The position numbers and the translations under genes are program-made. From Paraspadella gotoi (lineage: Eukaryota > Animalia > Chaetognatha), in NCBI GenBank assembly GCA_051294375.1, contig CM119266.1, forward strand, positions 24,696,312-24,760,311: 64,000 nucleotides of DNA, written 5' to 3'. Shown here in pieces: positions 28,589-38,300 of the stretch. The first letter of the stretch is position 1. Every line of letters begins with the position of its first letter. The notes under the pieces were generated by a model, which was not told the origin of the DNA, searched no databases, and was given only the letters and a program-made list of their open reading frames with translations.

Positions 28589-31500
28589 GTAAAGGTTTTC
28601 TCTCTCTTCTCTCTCTCTCTCTCTCTCACCCTTCTTTTTGCACAAATATTTTCCTTATGGCAAACGCTGATGAAGGCTCGAAATGTGAGCCGAAACATGT
28701 CCGTATCTCAATTAAATTCGTTGTACCACAATTAAAAACTTTGTTTTTCTCTAAATCCTAATAACAACGAAAACGAAAGGGTTATCGCATCAAGTAATAT
28801 CCTTTTAGGAGAAAAACAATTTGATTTGTTTTGACAACGAATTATATTAAGTTTTCAGCAGACATGTTTCGACTGTTTAGAGTCTTTATCAGTGTTTGAG
28901 AATTAACAAGTTTTTTTTATTTCTTTAACATTAAGTTTGAGAGAGAGAGAGACAGAGATCAAACACTGATGAAGACTCTAAACTGCAGAGTAGAGTGGAG
29001 CACTGGGGAACATAAATTTTATTTGAATGATCAAACAAGGATATTTAGATGTGAGATAGTATGATTAAGGAGTACAAAAAATATTTCGCTTATATTGTTT
29101 TTACTTTTTTTTCCATTTTTGATGCTGAAGATATTAAAATTTTTAATAACATATTTTATATTTTTGATCATATTGAAGTAATCCTTTCTTTTTCGTTGTT
29201 ACTATTAATTAGAGAATTGACAAAGTTTTTGTTTGCAACGAATTTTATTTATAGTTGAACAGACATGTTTCGACTTGTTTTACAAGTCTTCATCAGCGTT
29301 TTGACAGAATGGTTTAAAATTTGTGCATAAGAAGAGAGAGAGAGAGAGAGAGAATAGGGTAAAAGTTTTCCAACAAAGTGGTGAGACAGAATAGTGGTCA
29401 GATGAGAGGACAGGTCAAGGTTAGGACAGATTGAATAAGTTGTGAAAAAAAAGTGAAACTTAGAGAGAGAGAGAGAGAGAGAGAGAACAGGGATAAATAA
29501 ATAATAAATGATACATTGTGCAATGTACAACAAAGATAAATGTTTTGAAACTAAAATTAGTAAAATTTAACAATTGTTTAATGGATAAATAGTTAAGGGA
29601 TAGAAAGTGAAAAATGAAATTAAATTTGTAAAAACTGAAATATGAGAATTTTAAGTGTTAAGTAAATGATTAAAATGAAATTTAAGGAGTAAGAAAGAGC
29701 TCAAAATGAGCTGGCCCCCCTTGGTTTATGCAAATGAAGGGCATGGACGATGGTGACGGGTCATTGGCGCGTCAGTGGCTGAGAGGAGAGTGCAACTGAA
29801 CCGGTAAATTCTGCACCGGGGATTGTACCAGGCGGAAAAATTCCCAATGCCACTCTTATGTCTCTCTGACCTGATACGCCTGCCGGCTGCCCTCTTCTTG
29901 TTTCGACTGTTTAGAGTCTTTATCAGTGTTTGAGAATTAACAAATTATTTTTTTTTTTTAACATTAAGTTTGAGAGAGAGAGAGAGAGACAGAGATCAAA
30001 CACTGATGAAGACTCTAAACTGCAGAGTAGAGTGGAGCACTGGGGAACATAAATTTTATTTGAATGATCAAACAAGGATATTTAGATGTGAGATAGTATG
30101 ATTAAGGAGTACAAAAAATATTTTGCTTATATTGTTTTTACTTTTTTTTCCATTTTTGACGCTGAAGATATTGAAATTTTTAATAACATATTTTATATTT
30201 TTGATCTAAATTTTTATGAAGAATCAAAATCTTTAATAAAAGTTTTTAAAAAAATATTTTTAAAATTTATTATTTTATAAGGATATTACTATAAATATAC
30301 TGTAATTAATGATACTGTTCCCCAAACAATATAAGCAAAATATTTTTTGTACTCCTTAATCATACTATCTCACGTCTAAATATCCTTGTTTGTTCACTCA
30401 AATAAAATTTATGTTCCCCAGTGCTCCACTCTAGTGGTCATCGCAATATATTGGAAGGAGGCGCAAAATTCTTTCTTCGTACCTAATGTCGGTCGATCCG
30501 TGGAGAGGGTTGAACTGCGCCCAGTCAAGATCGAACTTAGCTCGCATGCAAGTTTTTTCTTTCTCGTAATCATCGCGCTCCTAATGGAAAAAAATTTGGA
30601 GTCTTGTTACTATTATAACAGAATATAAAGCAAAGAATTATATGAAACAAGAGACTATGTAGTACATGTACATCACACTAACTGCTACGTAAACTACGTA
30701 AACAAATCCACAAACCTTACCTTCGGCCCGAGGTCGGCTCGCCAGGACTGAATGGCCCTCGGCTTGCTTAGCGCCATAGTGAGGGCGGGGCCGTCGAGCA
30801 TGTAGCGACAAAAGTCGTCGTAATTCGGGTCTTCGGCCATTTCGGCGTATGCTTCCCGGATGAAGTCAATATCGAGAACCGCAGTTTTCTGCATCGTCAC
30901 CGTATAGCCGCGGGCCGTCACCTCTTGACGATAAAGGAAGGTTTAGATTGACCCCGAGTCAAAAAAGTTATGTAATTCCCATAATTAACAAGCTTATAAG
31001 TACAACAAGATTCTCTCTTTCTCTCATATTCGCTAACATGGTAATTTTTTTACGGATTTGGTAGTTGTCCTTACATTGTCCTTATACTGTTTTTCAATGG
31101 TGAAGAGACACTAATAATTGTTATGAGTTAGTGACAGAACCGTTCAATATAACTTATAAGCAGTCTCTGAGTTTCGGACCAGGCTGTAACACCATGTTAC
31201 AGGCGGGTTAAGCGCCCCGTCCCTAATAACTGCTAGGCGACCACCGGACCTTTGGGTTGGGAGGCGAATGACTTGCCTCCTGAACAAATGGCCGCTGATG
31301 AACGGTTGGTGGATTTTAGTCCACCATAATGGTCTCATTGTTAGACTTAGTCTTATATTTGTTATTGCTATTCTTGCCTCTGGAGAATAAATAATTCTCG
31401 AGCTAAACCTTGTGTCGTGAACATCTCCTACCGTAATGCCACATGAAAACGACTTTATAAGTTAGTTCAATTAAGTTTTTTTTTCTATTATTGTTTTTGT

Positions 31501-34500
31501 AATTATTGTCACACCCCTCAGCACCAACCGGGACGAAAATTTTCCAGGAAGTCCTCTTCCTTGAGAACCTCAGGACGGACGATACAAAGGGTCTGCTCGT
31601 GACGTTGCTTCGGAAGGTCCTTCTCGATATTCAAATCTCCCTGGCGGGCGTAACGGCTAACGGGTAATTCATGAAAAAATTCGGAGAGTTTTCGGGGTAA
31701 TGGCAAATAAATGTACAATTAACCTTTACTCCGCGCAGACCTGAAAAAAGTAAAACATTTCGAAGTAGGCCCTCGTCTGATCGAGCGATCCCTCGACGGC
31801 GTTGAAGATCCCGTGATCTCCGTATCGCGCGCGAATTGAATCTGCGTTCGGAATGTAGGACTTTTTTGTCAACTTTTTTCGGCGTATAATTTATTCAATC
31901 TAAATATGTATTGAGTACAAGACACGAGCTGTAAAAGCTCTTTCCCATGAGTATGTAATCACCTGGTTCTTTTTCTCTTGCAATATCAATGTTCCAGGGT
32001 CCCATCATTTCATTCCAGATCTGAAAGAAATACAATGTCAGTAAGCAATCGATAAAGTAATTGTTCTTAGTTCCAATCATACTTGAACGACGCCCTTGTT
32101 GTAAAATTCGCTCTCTTCGTCTATTTTTCCTTTTGGTCCCAAGAGGAGATATATCAATGAAGGACCTTAAATTAAATAGATTAAAACCGAAACGGCCCTA
32201 TCTTGGAAAATAGTTGATTTGTTAAAAAGTTTTTCAAAATTGAATGTATAAAAGTTAGATTTTTTAAAAATTATGTTCAATTTTAAATATTCAAAACCTC
32301 GAAAAAATTACAGAAGGCTTCATATTATAAAATGAGGTACCCGTTTTTTGTGACCAGGACAGGGGTTGAATATCAAAATTAGCCTCTATAGTTCCATTAT
32401 ATCATCATTAGGACTCTATTTGTAAAATTTCATAAAATTTGATCGTGTAGTTTGCTGAGAACATATTCTGGTCACAAAAAACGGTTACCTCATTTTTAGT
32501 CGGATCTGCACTTTGTCGGTCCGTCGATCCGCCCCCTCAATCTTGTCGGGCATTCACTTATATCATGTCAGAACATCGAATTATGCAAAAAAAACGATGT
32601 CCGTCTGTCAGTCCGTCCGTCCCACCTTAGCAAAAAACACCAATTACTTGTGATTGGATGGATGGATTTTGAATGAAATTTTGTGTGTGGGTAGGGAAGT
32701 GTGTGATTGAGCTAGATATGAAGTTTCGATGGAATCGTCCGAGTGGAAATGAGTTTAAATGGAAAAAACAAAGAACCTATCTCACTAATTGATTATGCTT
32801 CTTTTTCTTTTTATTTTAAATGTAAATGCAAGATGTATTAATTAATCAAATAATTAATAGGTTAATTAATCGATTAGTCAATTAATTAATCAATAATTAA
32901 TTAATCAATCAATTATTCAATCAAAACAAACATTTCGGATCAAATTAATTAATTAATTGCCTAATTAATTAAACATTTAACTTGAATAAACTGAAAATTA
33001 ATTAATTAAATAATTAATTAACTTGAATTAATTATTAATTATTTACCGATAAGGATCGTGTGCAGATCCGACATTGTTTGCTCAAACTTGTATAATATGA
33101 AGCCTTCTCAACCTCACTTTCGCCATAATAACAACAACAACTCACCCGACATGATGTGAGCGACGATGTCGTTGTACAAGGGATCTTCTCTTCGGTGATA
33201 GTAATAAAGTTTCGCGTCTTTTTCGGAGAATTTCCATTCCACTTCCTTAGCGATCTGAAACATTTACGACGCGGAATGAGATTCCGAGAATTTTGTCAAA
33301 TAAAAAAAATTTATAAAAATTAATAGAGATGTTCTTCTAACCCGGATGTGAGTCTCACCCGGACGACCTTCCCCGGATGTTCTCCTCACCCGAATGTTCT
33401 TCATCATGAGATCATCCTTGACGTCTTCCACGTGTTTCGCTTTGATGCCGTCCGGTTTTATGATGGCGACGGTGACGGGTCCGTAGGCATCGTACTCGAC
33501 GAACTCTTTGACGACGCGCGTGGCGCTGCCGTCGTCGAAGTCGAGCTCGGCGAAGGCTTTCTTCGCCGCAACAGTCCGTACTTTCTCCAGTTTGTGGATT
33601 TCTGGAAAAATGAGGATTGGGAAAGTACGAGAAAACCTTTTAAAATTGTAGAGAAACATAGTAAGCATTGTAAAACTGTGTACTATTATTCTATATTATT
33701 ATTATTACATGTTTGTAATATAATTGTAAGACAATTTTTCTCCTTTCTTTCTTCACAAAAATTATTTTTCACTGTATTTTTAGCTAATGATAGAAATAGG
33801 AATTGTGTAAGTAATTGTACAACGACCCCCGCTCACCTATGAATTCATCGGCTTGGGGTTCTTCTTTGTATCGTTCCATTGCGTCTTCAACAGCCTGCAT
33901 CAACTTCGGGCCGTTGAGGCCTTTCATCTCGTAGACGCAGCCCTAAATGCGTCGATAAGAAGAGATGATGATGATGAGAGAATAGATTGACCGCACTGAC
34001 AAGAATATCAACCCAGTTGTTTAGAAAACGCTTAAAGTTAAAAGTTTATAATTTTTTCATTGATATTATTTTATATATCCATTATCGGATCATTTATATT
34101 TAATACCCCGCTCTGATAGAGGCAAAAAGTTGGAGTGCAGGTCACTGTGTGCTCGGTGAATCTTCTGAAGCGACTCGCTTCGCAATCAACGGACCTGTAC
34201 AGCAAAGGAGAACTGCAGTACAGATAAACGTGGAAAATACAAAATTTGCATTTACAATCACCGCAGCGAATATGCTTAGTGCCGATATATATATGGAGCT
34301 AATGACATTTTAATTGATTGCATACATTTTAGTTAACAAACCTGAATTGATCGCCGTATTTTATTTCCAGTTTTTTGACCATGTGTATTTTGGCTATTGT
34401 CGGACCGGCCCAAGCTTGAAAAACCTTGAATTTATTAAAAGTGTATTGAATTCCCCGTTATAACGTTACTACATTGAGCATTGAACTGTAATGGGATATG

Positions 34501-34787
34501 TGTTCATTTATTCCTTATGCGTTCTCATAATAAATTGTTGTTTGTAGATAAATTCTGTATTTATAATTAATTTATAATTTATTATTAATAAACCTATGGT
34601 ACACAAATGGAGACCGAATTTCACTTACGCGAACAAGTACTGTTAGTAGAATTTTTTACCCTCGTCTGTAGTAATAGTTCCATCCTCGTGTTACCTCAAC
34701 CATCGTTATTCCGGGTTTCTTTAATATTTCAACAAATTCCTCTTCTCCTTCTATAATTTGAGTCAACTCTACTTTTTTGGGCGGCAT
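26694..34787 (-). CDS. NME8: NME8/TXNDC3-like protein (thioredoxin-like + 3 NDK domains + Glu-rich tail; outer-arm dynein IC1-type), paralog A
   Basis: ATG 34787 MPPKKVELTQII, then Trx-like VFQAWAGPT. NDK1: TVAIIKPDG...MGP...SIRARYG..IFNAVEGS. NDK2: QTLCIVRPEV...WRADLGP...NPLHGS. NDK3: RTIAAVKPSG...WRDLIGPTNP...LRSLYG.DSRENAVYGA. The acidic tail ends at stop 26694. Many GT-AG introns. Confidence 0.85.
28457..28497 (-). ncRNA. Minimal type I hammerhead ribozyme motif
   Basis: ACG CUGAUGA A GGCUC-gaaaugu-GAGCC GAAA CAUGUC CGU: intact core, 3-bp stem I, predicted cleavage after 28460. Confidence 0.8.
28664..28704 (+). ncRNA. Minimal type I hammerhead ribozyme motif
   Basis: Same motif as 28457-28497 on the opposite strand; predicted cleavage after C28701. 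Confidence 0.8.
28858..28895 (-). ncRNA. Hammerhead motif variant with a core G8-to-A change (probably inactive)
   Basis: ACA CUGAUAA A GACU-cuaaac-AGUC GAAA CAUGUC UGC. Related truncated halves lie at 28961-28990 (+), 29899-29929 (-) and 29998-30027 (+). Confidence 0.6.
29180..29735 (-). mobile_element. ~560-nt hammerhead-bearing element, full copy 2 (diverged from copy 1)
   Basis: Reverse-complement match to 13877-14470 in the same block order. Confidence 0.75.
29258..29300 (-). ncRNA. Minimal type I hammerhead ribozyme motif with a compensated stem II
   Basis: AACG CUGAUGA A GACUUG-uaaaa-CAAGUC GAAA CAUGUC UGUU: intact core, 4-bp stem I, predicted cleavage after 29262. Confidence 0.82.
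30028..30433. mobile_element. MITE with ~105-bp TIRs beginning TAGAGTGGAGCAC
   Basis: 30028-30132 is the near reverse complement of ~30330-30433. It abuts a truncated hammerhead at 30027. A left-arm copy lies at 28991-29166. No TSD resolved. Confidence 0.75.
31150..31300 (-). mobile_element. Second SINE-like element with a tRNA-like head and twister-like body
   Basis: Minus strand GCCATTTGTTCAGGAGGCAAGTCATTCGCCTCCCAACCCAAAGGTCCGGTGGTCG resembles a tRNA head. It is followed by TAACCCGCC-hairpin-CCTGGTCCGAAACTCAG, paralleling 14846-14897. Confidence 0.4.
32312..33108. mobile_element. MITE with ~46-bp TIRs (AGAAGGCTTCATATTATAAAATGAGG...) whose right TIR is split by an insertion
   Basis: Left TIR 32312-32357. 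The right TIR is found in two pieces, 32468-32495 and 33091-33108. Confidence 0.8.
32496..33090 (+). mobile_element. Helentron-associated non-autonomous element (HINE/DINE-1-like)
   Basis: T-rich 5' end, subterminal IRs gtcggatctgca (32499-32510) and tgcagatccgac (33061-33072), a GTCY microsatellite (~32599-32622), a central attaatta tandem array, a 3' hairpin gtttg-ct-caaac, and insertion in a T-run without a TSD. Confidence 0.7.
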
Positions 34788-35324
34788 TTTCTTTAATTTC
34801 CCTCTTTCTTATTTTCCTTTTTAAAATATCGTTGAAATTTGGTAGAGGATACTTCTTTTTGAAAATTTCAGAAAGGCTGAGAAAAATGAATAACTAATCG
34901 TTTACGAAAAGTACACAGTCATTAACTGTTGAGAGTGTAACTTTTTAATATGCAAACTTAAGCTTTGAGTAATATCAAGTAAAAAATTTTCTACGTTACT
35001 TGGAGCCTCATTTAATCTCAGTCCGCTGTAAAACAAAACACTTCACGTTAAAATTTGGTTATATTTATTCTAAATACTACTTAATCAGCACGTTGCGATA
35101 TTTAAGCTTAGATTCTAATTATTTCTACAAAACATGATTTTTACATTATAATGATTTTACAATCGATATTCTATGAATACTACATTTTAAGAGATTTACT
35201 AAGTCTACATTCATTGATTATCTACATATACATTAAATCAGATTCTAAGCGCTATACCCCATAACACTTTTAAATACACTAACCCAAATTCTGTTCTACG
35301 ATTTACATACAATTATCAACAATA

Positions 35325-38300
35325 TTATTCTTCGGCGGGGGCCTCTTCGGCCGGAGCTTCCTCCGCGGGGGCTTCCTCTGCCGGTGGCGCCTCCGCCGGC
35401 GCTTCGGCTGGCGCCGCGTCGGCCGGGGCTTCGGCCGGCACGCCTCCTTCGCCCTCGGCCTGTTCCGCAGCTTCCTCGGGCGGCGGGCGCGCCTTCCTCC
35501 TTCGCTTCTTCATCACCGTGAATACGTTGCCCTCCTCGTCCTCTTCTTCTACCTCGACCTCTTCCACGTCGTCGCCCTCGGCGTCGTCCTCCACCCACTC
35601 CCATTCTTCCACCGGTTCCTCCACCACCTCCACCTCTTCCACCACCTCCTCCTCTTCTTCTTCCTCCTCCTCTTCCTCCTCTCCCGCGGCGCCTCTCTCC
35701 GCTGCTAGACGGGCCGCTTCTTCCTCGGCCAGATAGTTGCGCAGTTCTGTGGTCTTGAAGGAGGAGTGGAGCTGAGGAGGGGGATTTTAGAGGAAGGGGA
35801 TTCGAGGATACAAACTTAATTGCATAAAGTCTATGTTATTTGTCTGTCGACAATGTCCTTGTGACAACCTCTGTGGCAATCTACTAGGTCGGATAGTCAA
35901 CATCGCATGGACATTGATAAAGACAAAACATCGCATGGTCAAGTGGTCATTGCCATTGGTAGAAGACACGGAGTGTAACCGAATGCTCCGTGCTGTAATA
36001 GATTTCATCTAATCGACACAATAACAATTCATAAAGAGACGTCAAACTCATACATTCACACACCTGCTTTGCATTCACGTGAAAAAACCGAGATTCGATC
36101 CCGATGAACTGAACGCCGGCTTGTTTAAGTGTTCCGTATGTGATCTCGTGCTGCGTGAAAAGAAAAAAAAAGGAATTCTCTAAAACGATCGAAGATGCCC
36201 GCAGATTCGGGAAGATGCGAGACCACACCTGTTTCGAGAGATCCTCATGTGGGCCGACGGGTGGAACGTCCATAGTGTTGTAGTTTGGTCGGTCAGCGGA
36301 TGTTCGTTTTGGGCGATACATGGACGGGAAAAAAAGACGCAACTGTGTTCGGAGATTATAAAAAAAAAAGGGGGGGGGTTAAATCACACAATTAGTTTTA
36401 TCATTGGACTTTATGTCACACACTCCATTCTGAATCATTTTCTATAAATTCAAACAACATCGCTCACCATTTCGTCGACATCCTCTTGGCATTTGGCGCC
36501 GTAGAGAGCATTCTCCCGAATGTCGATTCCGTAGAGGGAGCGTAGATGACAAATGCCACCGTCTTCTGGATTCGTCGGCCCAATCAAGGACCTCCACATG
36601 GCCATTGCATTCATTCTGCCAATTTATTTTCATTCTTTGTGTATTTTTTTTTTAAATAAGTTTTGTAGTTGTCAATCCTAATGCAAGATTAATCCAGTTG
36701 ACCTTTCGAGGACCATGATGTAAGTTTGTCCCAAAGTGAGATCCCTCACTGCTTCGGATCTCCACTCCGTCCCCATCGGGATGTTCCAGTAAAATTCATT
36801 CGCGACTTTCTTTTCCATCAAGAAGACGTCTTCCGTAGCGACGATGTCGAACCCGAAAAACTAAAGAAGAAGAATTTAGAAAAAAACAATTAATCATTAA
36901 ATCATTAAATTACAATCCATTAATTACTTGGATGAATTTCATGATGTCCTTGAGGTGATAACGACAACCGCTCGGTTTTACCGCCGCGATAGTGCGTTCG
37001 ATCGGAAATGCGAGCGACAACTCTTTCTTCGCCGTTCTAAAAATAGAAAGGATTTAAAATTAAAAAAGAAAAGAAAAGCTGTTTCATTCGATATCAAACA
37101 TTTCGTGAATAAATATTCAACCACCTAATGTCGGACGATCCGTGAAGAGGGTTGAACTGCGCCCAGTCAAGATCGAACTTGGCTCGGAGGCAAGTCTTTT
37201 CCTTCTCGTAATCTTCTCGCTCCTGCAATCGTTCCGGGTCAATATTACAAGGACATATTAAAAGCAAAAAATTTAGAACCCGATCCCTTATGCATTGATT
37301 GTAATCAGGATGGTCTTGTTAATATTCAATGTTTTTTTTATCTCATATCTGTTATGGATACAAAATAATGTGCATAATACAAAAACAAACGGTTTGTCGG
37401 AGCATATCGTACCCTCTTAAAATACAATTGAACACCATTTTTAAAGCTCCCTACTCCCGGATTCCCAAACCTTTGGCCCCAAATCGTTCCTCCACGACTC
37501 GATGGCCCTTGGCTTGCTGAGCGAGAGGGCGAGGGCGGGACCGTCGAGCATGTAGCGGCAAAAGTCATCGTACATCGGGTCTTCGCTCATTTCCGAGTAA
37601 ATCTCCCGGATGAAATCGACCTCCATGACGGCGGTCTTCTCCATCGTCACCATGTAACCGCGAGCCGTCATCTCTGAGCGTGGTTAATGTAAGGCAATTA
37701 ACAAGCTACCGCAATGTATAACTTGCACATTGTCCAATGTCCAGCATTTATTTCATTTGATCCGAAAACTTTCGTTTAATTTCGTAATTCATAATAAGAA
37801 TGGCGACACCGAAAAAGACCTAGATAAAACTTGTCGAGAAAATCCTCTTCCTTCAGAACCTCGGGTCGAACCAAGCAGAGCGTCTGCTCGTGCCGCTCGA
37901 CCGGAATGTCCTTGTCCAAATTAATTTCTCCCTGCACGGAAAAATCCATTATTCGTTTAAAATTATGTTGAAGGATTTTGTTAATAGTTTAATTTAGGAC
38001 TCCATAAATTTCTGTTTGAACCTGAAAAAAGTAAAACATCTCAAAGTAGGCCCTCCGCTGGTTGAGCGAACCTTCGACCGCATTGTGGATGCCGCCTTCG
38101 CCGTAGCGAGCGCGGATGGAATCTGAACAGGCAATACGTTCGAAATTAGCAGGACATTTTGTAGGAACCCCTTCATCGAAAGAATTCCCTCAGCTCACCG
38201 GGTTCTTTTTCTCTCGCCACGTCCATGTCCCACGGGCCCATCATTTCGTTCCAGACCTTATAGGGGAAAAAAATGTTACTAATCAATCGATCAAGAAACG

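Larger units (their letters stand above)
28406..28754. repeat. Near-perfect inverted repeat of two hammerhead-element ends around a (GA)n/(CT)n core
   Basis: 28406-~28560 is the reverse complement of ~28600-28754 with only 1-2 small differences. Each arm carries a complete hammerhead motif. Confidence 0.92.
28866..30205 (+). repeat. ~300-bp direct duplication (28866-29166 and 29900-30205)
   Basis: The near-identical block tttcgactgtttagagtc...ttttatatttttgatc occurs twice and contains hammerhead halves and a MITE left end. Confidence 0.85.

Noticed and set aside
28339-28761. Mirror ORFs on both strands (MCKKKG...KHVRIS)
   Set aside because: A by-product of the inverted repeat and its microsatellite.
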